Shown here: piece by piece, positions 40,821 through 50,432 of the stretch | Layout of the letters: each line of letters begins with the position of its first letter | Position numbering within the stretch: the stretch's first letter is position 1 | From: Desulfatiglandales bacterium | Lineage (GTDB): Bacteria > Desulfobacterota > DSM-4660 > Desulfatiglandales > Desulfatiglandaceae | Direction: 5' to 3' | DNA length: 64,000 bases | Assembly: GCA_963662465.1 (NCBI GenBank) | Contig: OY759599.1 | Coordinates: 3,808,001 to 3,872,000 of the forward strand | Notes under the pieces: generated by a model | Database searches by the model: none | What the model was told of the DNA's origin: nothing | The model's input: the letters and a program-made list of their open reading frames with translations, nothing else | Translations under genes and position numbers: made by a program

Positions 40821-40923
40821 ATAAAAAATGAATTGACCTCAACATATCCTATTGGTTAAAGTTACGACTTCTGAGTTAAATATTCAATTTGAGTAAGGTT
40901 GTTGGCGGTCAAGATTACTACAT

Positions 40924-41196
40924 ATTGGTAAAGCTGAACTGGTCGGGCAAATGGCTAAAGATGCAGCCATCAGCAAATCCGCTGCCAATGCTGTACTAAA
41001 TTCATTTATCGACAGTATTACGAAAGAGCTGAAGAAAAAGGATGGAAAAGTAACTGTGATTGGATTTGGTACATTCTCAAAAGTCCACCGAAAAGCTCGG
41101 AAAGGTCGAAACCCGAGTACCGGAGAACCGATCAAGATCAAGGCATCTAATGCCGTTAAATTTAAAGCAGGGAAGAAGCTGAAAGAGGCGGTTTAG
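40924..41196 (+). CDS. hup: HU-family DNA-binding protein (5' end degenerate)
   Basis: IGKAELV.., GFGTF, ARKGRNPSTGE, VKFKAGKKLKEAV; ATT at the expected Met position. Confidence 0.8.
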   Translation: MGKAELVGQMAKDAAISKSAANAVLNSFIDSITKELKKKDGKVTVIGFGTFSKVHRKARKGRNPSTGEPIKIKASNAVKFKAGKKLKEAV

Positions 41197-41351
41197 GATT
41201 TCGCAGGGAAACTGCATACATTTTCAGCGGTCGACTTGATTTACCCCATGGGGAATGTCGATCTACCGCATCGTGTTTTATCCTACAGAAGCAGATGGTG
41301 TAAGATTGATCTGGCATTCTTGCACGATTTTGGTGGTGTTGGGGTGAAGAC

Positions 41352-41480
41352 TCATGCACGTACTCTTTTTCTGTGACCGGATAAGCGGAAACCAAATTGA
41401 CCACAATATGTTGTTGTGGTAGGATTTTACGGTTTAGGTTCAGGAACGTGAAGGCGATTTCAGATATGTAAGGGCATATC
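41352..41480 (+). repeat. Non-coding repeat, diverged copy of 28148-28274
   Basis: TCATGCA..TTTTT.TGTG.CCGGATAA.CGGAAA..CAATATGTTG..TCAGG.ACGTGA.GGC.ATTTCAGATATGTAAGG.CATATC in both. Confidence 0.8.
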
Positions 41481-41514
41481 AACACTTCAGAGACACTGTT
41501 TTTTTGGGAATATT

Positions 41515-41685
41515 CTCAATTTATGTTGCGATGAAAAAGCTGACCACAACATCTGGGATATCGTCCAAACGGCTTTGTTTCCAGATACTGTCTGTCAAAA
41601 GCTATTCCCAAGGAAATTTGAAGTATTGATCTGGCTGTCCTTTAAAATTCGGACCGCTATGCTACGGAAGTAGCAATGCACGAAT
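41515..41685 (+). repeat. Non-coding ~165-bp repeat in three copies (also ~43868-44045 and ~51968-52130)
   Basis: GCGATGAAAA.GCTGACCACAACAT...CAAACG.CTTTG....TGTCAA.AGCTATTCC....TGAAGTATTGATCT....ACC.CTATGCT in all three. Confidence 0.85.
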
Positions 41686-41841
41686 TTTTGAATTGAAAGT
41701 GCTGACAAGTATTGAAAGATTCGGTTTTTCCGTTGACTTGTTTTAATCGATGAGCGGTTGAAAATAATAGTGTGACGACTTGGCCTTTGGCGGTGTACAA
41801 AGGGGCATTACAGCTTTAAAACATTTCAGAAAGAGGAAGAA

Positions 41842-43209
41842 ATGAAAACAGCAAAACTTTTGATCATCCTGTGTGTTTTTCTTGCGACTTTCCTGGTTGG
41901 AGGGATTTCCCTGGCTCTTGAAGCACCGACCTTAACGGTGTCGACCGCCGGAACTACACTTTCACTTTCTTGGACATCAGTAGCTGGTGCAACGGGATAT
42001 ACTCTATCTTATGCTCCAGCCCCATATACCGGGCCTGACACGATTGGAAGTATTCCCATGGGAACCCAAACATCATGGTCGGCCACTCTTTGGGAAGGTG
42101 CTGCCTATTTCGTGGCTGTCCAGGCGTATGACAGTGTTGCAAGCAGCGTCTATTCCAATATTGAGTATTTTGCTATTGATTCGTCTCTATTGAACCAACA
42201 GCTTCAAAACATTCTGGATACTGCTGTCGTCGACACAGGAGCGACAGGCGCTGTTCTTTCTGTCAAAAGCCCTTCCTTTCAGTGGACAGGTTCCAGCGGC
42301 TTTTCTAATCGTGAGACGAAAACAGCCATGGCGCCCACCGATATGCTACGGCTCGCCAGCATGACGAAATCCTTTGTCAGCGTTGTTGTTCAAAAATTGA
42401 GCGAGGAAGGGAAATTCGACCTGGATGACAAAATCCAGCAGTACCTCCCCGCCGCGATTGTGGACCGTATTTCCCATGGGTCGGAAGTCACCATACGCCA
42501 ACTCCTTAACATGACCAGTGGCATATACAGTTACACCGAAATTGACAACTACAACGATGAAGTAGAGAGAAACCCCTATCGGTCGCCTTGGACTCCAGAG
42601 GAAATTTTGGCGTATGTCTATTCAGAAAAAGCAGTTTTTTCTCCCGGAGAGGGATGGGAATACTCGAATACCAACTATATCTTGTTCGATATGCTTGTCA
42701 AAGAGGTGAGCGGCACTTCGCTTGCAAGCGAAATGCGACGAATTATTCATAAGCCCTTGGGATTAAGCGATACGTTTATGGAAATTCAAGAACCGAGGGA
42801 TGGAGGATTTGGGGGGCTAATTGTACGGGGGTATGAGAAAGATGGGGAGGATGTTACGGAAATTCAAGATGCACTCGGCTTGGGGGATGGTGGATTGATA
42901 TCAGATGCTGAAGGGGTCGTGAAGTTTCTCCAAGGCCTCTTTGTGGATAAGGTCCTGCTGAGTGCGACTTCACTGAATCAGATGCGTAATTTTCATCCCA
43001 TCGAAGATTATGGATTGGGTCTGGAACGCCGAAAGACCAAATTCGGGGAAGCATGGGGTCATAGTGGCGGTTCCAGTGGGTTTGAAGGAGACATGCTGTA
43101 TTTTCCGGAAAGTGAAGTCATTTTTGTATTTTTGACCAATACCATGGATACTAACGTCTGCGAAGAGGTTTTTCAGCACAGCATGGAGTTGCTCTTATCC
43201 ACCAATTGA
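41842..43209 (+). CDS. Secreted serine hydrolase (beta-lactamase/D-Ala-D-Ala carboxypeptidase family) with an N-terminal FN3-like domain
   Basis: Signal peptide; LSWTSVAGATGY FN3-like; SMTK (SxxK), YSN, WGHSG. Confidence 0.88.
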   Translation: MKTAKLLIILCVFLATFLVGGISLALEAPTLTVSTAGTTLSLSWTSVAGATGYTLSYAPAPYTGPDTIGSIPMGTQTSWSATLWEGAAYFVAVQAYDSVASSVYSNIEYFAIDSSLLNQQLQNILDTAVVDTGATGAVLSVKSPSFQWTGSSGFSNRETKTAMAPTDMLRLASMTKSFVSVVVQKLSEEGKFDLDDKIQQYLPAAIVDRISHGSEVTIRQLLNMTSGIYSYTEIDNYNDEVERNPYRSPWTPEEILAYVYSEKAVFSPGEGWEYSNTNYILFDMLVKEVSGTSLASEMRRIIHKPLGLSDTFMEIQEPRDGGFGGLIVRGYEKDGEDVTEIQDALGLGDGGLISDAEGVVKFLQGLFVDKVLLSATSLNQMRNFHPIEDYGLGLERRKTKFGEAWGHSGGSSGFEGDMLYFPESEVIFVFLTNTMDTNVCEEVFQHSMELLLSTN

Positions 43210-44199
43210 AACATTGCATCATCCCAAAAAACACATGACCCATCAACTCGGTGTACAGATAAAGGGCTGATTCTCTCCTGCTCATGGGCATGTTGAAAGG
43301 ATGAGGATGCCCTCGGAACGGGATACTGACTTTATTATGCCTATCTGGTATTTGGAGGATAGAATCCACGGCTATACTCTCAATTTATGTTGCGAGTTTG
43401 GTTATGTTGTGTGTATTTAATTCATCTAATTCATATTTAAAATTGAAATATCTATATAATTCTTATCATTCTGAGCTTGACTTTGCCTTACAAGCATGGT
43501 ATATATTACACCAAGCTTGATTTTATGGTTTTTCTCATATTATTATTATGATTGATTTTAGAAGTTGCAAGCTGTCTGTTATGTCCTACCCCACGTCGAA
43601 TTACCTTCCTTATAGGAGGTTTGCGATATGAGACTTTATGAAAGATGTAGGCCCGCTCGCTTGATCCAGTAACCCTCCCCGGAGCAGTTTAACCCCTGGA
43701 TCAGAACACAGAAGTATGTTTAAAGGATTATTATTATGTTGCGAGTTCCTTCAAACCGTTTCTGGAAATTGGAGGTAAACTATCGGAATCTTTACCAAAT
43801 CATCATTTCTCAAGCCAGATCCGAACTCCCTTATTATTTCGATAGGTTAGGCCAACACACAACATAACTCAATGTATCACAGACTGGCGATGAAAAAGCT
43901 GACCACAACATATAGGATATTGTCCAAACGGCTTTGGTTCCAGATGCTGTCAAGAGCTATTCCAGGAAAAGGTGAAGTATTGATCTATTGATCTCGCAGT
44001 ATTGCGAAATTCCAACCGCTATGCTATGGAGATATCATGCACGGACCCTTTTGCCGTGACCGGATAAGCGGTAAATTGCCCTACCCGCACATGCTGCGGC
44101 CGATGGAATTTCCGGTGTAGCTTTGAGCTTGAAGGGCCACAAGAACAATACGGCACCTGTCAAAATTTCGACAGGGCTGATTCTTTAGGATAATGCCAA

Positions 44200-45366
44200 T
44201 TGCGAAAACTCAATTTATTTCTGCAAGAAGAAGACATAGAAGCATTTCGATTCGGCGAAGGGCTAATCCTTTCCCGTCCACAGAAGCTTTACGTTCTCAA
44301 CGCCACTGCCACCTTTTTATGGGTGGACCTTCAAGAAGGATATACATTAGAAGAGGCCAACAAGCGGCAAGCCCAACGTTTTGGACTCTTGTCGGCTGAA
44401 CTTCTTCCAGATAGCGAGCACATCTACAAACAGTGGGCTTTTGAAGGCCTCATTCCAGGCTCCCCCCATCGTTTGGCTGAAACCAATAATTTACTGGTCA
44501 AATCTGAATTTGATGTTCGTTTTCGAGCAGAATTCTTAAAACCTGCTTCTCCGATTACCAGAACATACCGTTTCCCTGAAAATATGATAACATTGGGCTT
44601 TCAGAACCCAGCACTGGAAAATCTCATTCACCCGGCTTTCGCTCACCTAGAGGAAAAGGATATAACTCCCGATCGTGCCAATATTGAATTGAGAATGGAA
44701 AACGAGGCTGTCATAATTCACTGTGATGGGAAAGAGCCACTTTCCACATTTGATTTGCGTGAAGCCCGTACCAATGCGCTAAATCACATTTTGGATCACA
44801 CATCCGGAAATTCCGATTGGTGTGCACTGCTTCACTCCGCCGCTTTAGCTCGTGGAAAGGAGGCAATTGTTTTAGCTGGAGCCTGTCAAAAGGGTAAAAC
44901 GACTTTGACTGCCTATCTCATTCAAAGGGGTTGGGAATATCTCAGCGAGGATATAACTGCAATCGATGTCCAAATGGGCGCTGTATATGGTCTCCCTTCA
45001 GCGTTGAGCCTAAAACAAGGTAGCTGGGACCTTCTTTCTGCTGATTTTCCTGAAATTGAAACCTTAACCGTTTATGAAAAGTTTGGTTCCAAAATTCGTT
45101 ATTTGCCTCCACCAAAGTACGAAATCGGCCCACGATCCTTTGGATTTCTTTTTGCTGTCGATTTTGATCCAAATGCAACACACTCTTGCCAAGAATTACC
45201 TCCCTTAGAGACTTTGGAAAGTCTCGTCAGTGGCGATTCGTGGATAAGTTCAGCTTCAGATCATCTTATGTTTTTCTTGGGGCTACTCGAAAATGTTCCC
45301 GCTTATCGGTTGACGTATAAGACATTGGATCAGGCTCTATCTTCTATCGAAGAGATAATTTCATGA
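44200..45366 (+). CDS. PqqD/RRE-like domain fused to an HprK-related kinase
   Basis: LYVLNATATFLW (PqqD/RRE signature), LHSAAL, Walker A GACQKGKTT, YLSED. Confidence 0.8.
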   Translation: MRKLNLFLQEEDIEAFRFGEGLILSRPQKLYVLNATATFLWVDLQEGYTLEEANKRQAQRFGLLSAELLPDSEHIYKQWAFEGLIPGSPHRLAETNNLLVKSEFDVRFRAEFLKPASPITRTYRFPENMITLGFQNPALENLIHPAFAHLEEKDITPDRANIELRMENEAVIIHCDGKEPLSTFDLREARTNALNHILDHTSGNSDWCALLHSAALARGKEAIVLAGACQKGKTTLTAYLIQRGWEYLSEDITAIDVQMGAVYGLPSALSLKQGSWDLLSADFPEIETLTVYEKFGSKIRYLPPPKYEIGPRSFGFLFAVDFDPNATHSCQELPPLETLESLVSGDSWISSASDHLMFFLGLLENVPAYRLTYKTLDQALSSIEEIIS

Positions 45367-46472
45367 AAGACCGTGAAGCCCACCTTTTTATCGGACTTTG
45401 CTTATCTGCCCTAGTGGAATCACATCGTTCGCCAGTGCTTGCTGCGAAGTTAAAAAGCGGCCAGATCAACTGGCCCTTAATTGTTACAATCTCTAGTCGG
45501 CACCTGGTTACACCCGCCCTCTTTGCCTCGTTTCAAGTCCATGGGCTAACGGAAATACTTGAATCAGAGGTTCGAAACTATCTGTCAATCATTCACCAAC
45601 TGAATCTAGCTCGGAACAAAAATATTTTAAAGGAAGTGCATGATGTTGTATTCAAACTCAACGATGTCGGGGTTCAGCCAACCCTCATTAAGGGGGCGGC
45701 ACATCTAACCAGCGGGCTTTATAAAGATCCTGGAGCCCGAATTATGAGCGACATTGATATGCTCGTTCCCGAAAGCCAGCTGATGTCTTGTGTGGGAGCC
45801 CTTAAATCATTGGGATATGGTAGCAAAAACCCATTTGATGGTGAATTGAAAGGCCATCATTTTCCAAGATTGATTCACCCAAATCGAGAGGTAGGAATAG
45901 AACTTCACCGCTGGGCTACATCCAAAAATGCAATTAAAGCTGAAGAGATTTTTGGAGCATCTAGCCTTTGGGAGATAAACGGCAATAAATTCAGAATTCC
46001 CTCCCGTGAACACGCTCTCATGATTAATATCATACATGCCCATACGGGAGCGCTTAGATTTCCAGGCCAGATAAATTTCAGGGCTAACATGGACCATGCC
46101 CTTTTGATTCAAGCGCCTGGTGAAAAAGTCGATTGGGCTCGAATATCCGAGGCACTTTGCTCCGTCAGTGAAAAAAAAGCCATGGAAGCTTTTTTAGACA
46201 CCAACTATTGGCTAATGGCAGTTCCTCTTCCGCTACCATTGAGAACAGGCTTGCAGCTATATTTAGGACGTCTTGGGAGGAAAGTTTGCGTCACAAACCA
46301 TTATTTTGAGAAGGGAATTCTGTTGACGTTATTTTTCATTCATTATATAAATTCTCTAATGTTACGGTTTAAAGACCTTGGTCTTAATGAATTTCTTTTG
46401 CGATTAACCAGCCCCAAAAAATGGAAAAATCAAGCAACTGCTTTAAAGAATGTAGTAAAATCGTTAAAGTGA
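45363..46472 (+). CDS. Nucleotidyltransferase family protein (NTP_transf_5-like)
   Basis: LIKG, RIMSDIDML (DxD), IELH; ATGA overlap with the kinase gene. Confidence 0.82.
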   Translation: MKDREAHLFIGLCLSALVESHRSPVLAAKLKSGQINWPLIVTISSRHLVTPALFASFQVHGLTEILESEVRNYLSIIHQLNLARNKNILKEVHDVVFKLNDVGVQPTLIKGAAHLTSGLYKDPGARIMSDIDMLVPESQLMSCVGALKSLGYGSKNPFDGELKGHHFPRLIHPNREVGIELHRWATSKNAIKAEEIFGASSLWEINGNKFRIPSREHALMINIIHAHTGALRFPGQINFRANMDHALLIQAPGEKVDWARISEALCSVSEKKAMEAFLDTNYWLMAVPLPLPLRTGLQLYLGRLGRKVCVTNHYFEKGILLTLFFIHYINSLMLRFKDLGLNEFLLRLTSPKKWKNQATALKNVVKSLK

Positions 46473-46499
46473 CCTGCGAGTTCTAACGGAGGATTAGCT

Positions 46500-46703
46500 T
46501 TGGAAAGAAAAGATCGAGAGTCGTTTGGTGAATCGAATTTTCAAGAAAAGGAAGATCAAAAAGCATCTGAGGGCCTTGACCGCCGTGGCGCTTTCCAGGT
46601 AGCTGGAAAGATGGCGCTCTATACTGCTCCTGCAATGTTGGCGTTGTTAGTTGCAAAAAAGGCTCATGCTCACGGTGAATTTGTTCTAACGCTAATCCAT
46701 TGA
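46500..46703 (+). CDS. Small peptide 1 (candidate RiPP precursor)
   Basis: GGAGG SD plus TTG start; paralogue of 46993-47175; contains YTAP. Confidence 0.75.
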   Translation: MERKDRESFGESNFQEKEDQKASEGLDRRGAFQVAGKMALYTAPAMLALLVAKKAHAHGEFVLTLIH

Positions 46704-46992
46704 TTTGTTTGAATTGATGTGTCCTTCATAAGGTTTTGATATCAAAGGTTTACAAATAGAACAAATTTGCCCTGGTCTCATGCTAGTCCATAATGAAGAT
46801 TTCTAAACAGAATTTTTTCATCCCAATCTGATTTTATATCGGCCTCTGTCAGATTTTCAACCGATGCTTGTTGGATTCCCTCAAGGTTTTTTCACACGGG
46901 AACATGACGGTGTTTGTTTTTTTGAGAGTTTTTTTACACAGAAATCATAATTCTTTAAAAAAATCAAAAAACCAAAGGAGGAGGAAATAGCT

Positions 46993-47175
46993 TTGGAAAA
47001 AAAAGATATAGAGTCGGTTGGTGAATCGAATTCCCAAGAAACAGAAGATCACAAAGCATCTGAGGGCCTTGACCGTCGTGGGGCTTTCCAGGTAGCTGGA
47101 AAGATGGCGCTTTATACTGCTCCTGCAATGTTGGCATTATTAGTTGCAAAAAAAGCTCATGCTGGTTCCGAATAG
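46993..47175 (+). CDS. Small peptide 2 (candidate RiPP precursor)
   Basis: AGGAGGAGG SD plus TTG start; 37 aa identical to peptide 1 with only synonymous differences. Confidence 0.78.
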   Translation: MEKKDIESVGESNSQETEDHKASEGLDRRGAFQVAGKMALYTAPAMLALLVAKKAHAGSE

Positions 47176-47379
47176 AATTCTTTCATCAGATTTTGATTTT
47201 TTCTTTCAAAATCGATAGATGGGTTGTTTGAAATCTTTACAACGCCAAGAGGTAGCCTTCCGTTGTAGGCGATTAAGTTCCGGCCTCACTTAGCGGTTCT
47301 CAAACGAGACGACAGCGCCTTTCGAATATTGGGCGGTCATACCATATATTGTGGTTCCCACATTTTTGGAGAAACCTGC

Positions 47380-47930
47380 ACTATCTCCAACGTACCACAA
47401 CCAAAGACGACGTTGTGATATGATCCACATATCCCAATCGGACAAGACTGAAGTTGCGATTTCACTCATTATCCAACACCACTACATATTGTGGTCACGC
47501 CATTTTCAGATTGTTAATCCAAAAGTGAAGACTTCCTATCATTGTTTTGTTGGACCTGTAACCCGGAGGCCTGAAAAAAGCAGCTGCCTGGCACGAAGTT
47601 TTTCGGTGCAGCATGGAGAAGGATGGCAATTCAATTCTTCCGTTTTGAAACTGAAGGCACGCCCGAAAATCATCGATGTTAACTCTTCCTGAAAAGAATC
47701 AAAAATCATCAAGAGTCGCCCGTTAACGTCTTGCGGCTACCCCAAGATGCGGGGGTTGCCATCCTTATAAAAATTTTTGGCATAACTATCACAATATTCC
47801 AATAGGTTGTGATAAGAGCTCAATATCTCATCCGAGCAAAATTGAATTTGCCGTTTCACTCCTTGTCCAGTACCACTATATCTTGTGGTCGAGACCTTTT
47901 CAGACTGTTAATCCAAAAGTGAAGGTTACG
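47380..47930 (+). repeat. Diverged tandem pair of non-coding units (period ~394 bp) related to 39017-39260 and 54039-54101
   Basis: 47380-47432 identical to 39017-39069; CCACTA.AT.TTGTGGTC....TTTTCAGA.TGTTAATCCAAAAGTGAAG at 47479 and 47873. Confidence 0.85.
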
Positions 47931-48120
47931 TAATATTATGTTGCATTCGAATCTATGGAAAAAAACAGAATCTTACATCTTGCAGCCTTCACCCTTTGTG
48001 ACTGTCGAAAAAGAAGCTAGGGACATAAGGCGGGACAATTAACAAAAGCGCTTGTTCCCACGCTTTGCGTGCGTCAAGATGAGGCCATTGTGCGGGACCG
48101 TTGCAAGAAAAAAAGGACGC

Positions 48121-48193
48121 ATACAGCACTACGGCTTCACCCACAAAAAGGTGGATTTCATCATGAACCTTCGACATTAAGTACCGCATATGA
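48121..48193 (+). pseudogene. 3' remnant resembling the C-terminal tail of a type IIG restriction-modification enzyme
   Basis: HYGFTHKKVDFIMN/FDIKYRI* with one frameshift, resembling the HYGFT.EELDFIINYDIKYRMG tail. Confidence 0.5.
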
Positions 48194-48236
48194 AAGGCAT
48201 TGTACAATGGGAATGCCGGAAAATGTTTGAACACGA

Positions 48237-48621
48237 TTTAAAAGATTAAATGATGGACAGGATTGTCATTGCACGAGAAAACACCAATAAAAAGGGGTAA
48301 AGGGGTCTGAAGGAACTTGTTCAGACGCCGTCTCCTCATCCTGTCCATCCAAAAAATCCTGTTCATCGTGCTCAAAACAGTGGAGAGGCCAACAATGCCG
48401 GATAACCCTTTGCCCGTTTTTGAAATCTATAAAATCCGGACATCAGCGGCGGCCACAAGGCGGGACAATTAAAAAAAACGCGCTCCCACACGCTGCGTGG
48501 GGATGGATGAAAGTCAGGCCTTGGCCAGCCTGCCCCGCTTTTTGTCCGTAGCCATTTTTTGTGTATGTTATGAGTTGTTGATGGTACGATGTGTTCCTCA
48601 TAATAGAGCGTGTTGTTCTGC
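48237..48621 (+). repeat. 385-bp near-identical non-coding repeat R4, copy 1 (copy 2 at 55522-55906)
   Basis: Direct alignment by eye; contains the inverted repeat ATGGACAGGAT...ATCCTGTCCAT. Confidence 0.92.
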
Positions 48622-48668
48622 CCCTTAACGTCGTCCTTTTTGGGACTCATATCCTAATCTTGAAGTCA

Positions 48669-48727
48669 AAATGTATGATCTGGATCGAAACTGCAAAGAA
48701 ATGGCGGAATTTTTCAGTTATTGCTAG
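48669..48727 (+). pseudogene. Remnant of the 3' end of the GT2-GT4 gene (left edge of the duplicated block)
   Basis: Matches 24607-24665 (MYDLDRNCKEMAEFFSYC*). Confidence 0.85.
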
Positions 48728-48796
48728 AGAGGGTAAAAGTGGGGTATGGTACAGTTGCATTTGAGGTGAAATCCCGAAAAAAACACTGATATCATC

Positions 48797-49033
48797 ATGG
48801 ATTTTGAAATTGCAGAAAATATTTTAAGAATTGAAACCATCGCTGTCGGATCTTCAATTCGTGATTTAAAGCGTTTGATCAGAGTGTACGACAATGGGCG
48901 GTGGCGCAAGTTGAAAGGGTTTGCAACGGTACGTTTGATGGACGGATCTTTTCGTAAACCAGAGATCCATTGGTATGAGGCTCATGGAATAGGGAGAAAG
49001 GAATTTAAATTGAAACTCCCGTTTCTGGATTAG
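48797..49033 (+). CDS. Small conserved-looking hypothetical protein (putative toxin-like)
   Basis: IETIA.G.SIR...RL...Y..GRWRKLKG...EIHWYEAHGIG..EFK pattern; tightly paired with the next gene. Confidence 0.7.
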   Translation: MDFEIAENILRIETIAVGSSIRDLKRLIRVYDNGRWRKLKGFATVRLMDGSFRKPEIHWYEAHGIGRKEFKLKLPFLD

Positions 49034-49045
49034 AGGGGGACAGCC

Positions 49046-49297
49046 ATGGAAGAGAAGGTCGCGCTGACACAGGGATTTGTGCTTTGCCTCAACAACCAGG
49101 GATACGAAGCTTCTTTGGAGGTGGGGAAGTTGTATCGTTTTATTGAGGACAAGGATGCGGCATCGCACGGATATGCGCGTGTGGTCGATGAAAGCGGGGA
49201 AGATTATGCCTACTCCAAAAACCGGTTTTTTCATCTCCAGTTACCAAAGACTGTTGAAGAAGTATTGATGTCTTTTTCTGAACAATGTGTGGCATAA
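49046..49297 (+). CDS. Small hypothetical protein (partner of 48797-49033)
   Basis: SD GAGGGG; C..N.GY.ASLE..KLY......RVVDESGEDY.Y...F pattern. Confidence 0.7.
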   Translation: MEEKVALTQGFVLCLNNQGYEASLEVGKLYRFIEDKDAASHGYARVVDESGEDYAYSKNRFFHLQLPKTVEEVLMSFSEQCVA

Positions 49298-49369
49298 ATC
49301 TATAATTTACCACGCAAGAGCATGTGGGTCCATTATGGGCGTGAGGCAGATGGATCAAGAAAACAGAAA

Positions 49370-50419
49370 ATGAAGCAGCGAATTGAGTGGCTCGACAATT
49401 TAAGGGCAATTGCCATATTTTTTGTGGTGCTGGGGCATACCGTCGGTCTTCCCGGGCATGTGGAAAAATTGATTTTTTCTTTTCATATGCCCATTTTCTT
49501 CTGGATTTCAGGGCTTTTTGCCAGGGAAAGCATTCGCGATGAAACTTTTTGGGGTTTCATTGCCAAACGGTGGCGAAAACGCCTCATCCCCTACCTTTCT
49601 TTTTCCGTCATCAGCTATGTGGCCTGGTTTTGTCTGTTCAGACACTTCGGGAGCCAGGCGGAGATGAATATCAGCCCCATTCGGCCGCTCATCGGTTTTT
49701 TTTACGGCAACGGCATCAACGACTGGATGGTGACCAATACCGTATTGTGGTTTTTTCTGTGTTTGTTTGTTACGGAGATTTTTTTCTACTTTGTGATCAA
49801 GGTCCCTTCAAAGCTTTGGATGGTGCTGTTGCTGGCGGGGTTTTCCATTGTGGGATATCTGGATGTTTACTACAACCCGCCCGATGGTTTCAGACTGCCC
49901 TGGGACATGGATATTGCGCTTACAACGGTTGTTTTCTATGGCGCCGGGTATCTTTCAAAAGGGTACGTACTCGGAAATAAAAAATCCACCCCCTGGCGGT
50001 GGCTCGTCATGCTCCTCAGCCTTGTCATTTATGCGGTTTTCAGCCTCTTGAATCGGAAAGTCGCCCTGGTGGCGGGTGTGTACGGCAATTATTTTTATTT
50101 TTATGCGGCTGCCATAGCGGGCATCTGCTTCTGGATGGAGCTGGCCTACATGATTCCGACGTCACGGTTTTTTTCCAGGATCGGCCGGAACACCCTCACC
50201 ATATTCTCTCTGCACCTGCTGGTATTTCCTTTTATTACGGCCGTTTTGGTCTACGGATTGAAGATGCCCTCCCAATTGAAGTTCGAGTCCGCATCCCTCT
50301 CCCTGGCCTACGCGGTCATCAGCATCCTGGTGTTGCTGCCCATATCCGATCTGATCAATCGATATGTCCCCTTCATTCTAGGGGAGTCCCGAAAACCGGC
50401 GTCACAACTAACCCTTTAA
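49370..50419 (+). CDS. Acyltransferase family 3, copy 2
   Basis: Near-identical, intact paralogue of 24673-25722. Confidence 0.92.
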   Translation: MKQRIEWLDNLRAIAIFFVVLGHTVGLPGHVEKLIFSFHMPIFFWISGLFARESIRDETFWGFIAKRWRKRLIPYLSFSVISYVAWFCLFRHFGSQAEMNISPIRPLIGFFYGNGINDWMVTNTVLWFFLCLFVTEIFFYFVIKVPSKLWMVLLLAGFSIVGYLDVYYNPPDGFRLPWDMDIALTTVVFYGAGYLSKGYVLGNKKSTPWRWLVMLLSLVIYAVFSLLNRKVALVAGVYGNYFYFYAAAIAGICFWMELAYMIPTSRFFSRIGRNTLTIFSLHLLVFPFITAVLVYGLKMPSQLKFESASLSLAYAVISILVLLPISDLINRYVPFILGESRKPASQLTL

Positions 50420-50432
50420 CCTATAATTCCAA

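Noticed and set aside
44200..47175. Canonical lasso peptide cluster
   Set aside because: No cyclase or B2 protease in the window, and the tails are too short or lack a ring-forming Asp/Glu at positions 7-9
47351..47692. 113-aa ORF inside the repeat region
   Set aside because: Made of repeat modules whose other copies do not keep the frame; no SD
48385..48575. Integron attC site (GCCAAC...GTTATGA) in repeat R4
   Set aside because: Span of ~185 bp is too long, arm complementarity is poor, and the integrase is short with no obvious IntI insertion
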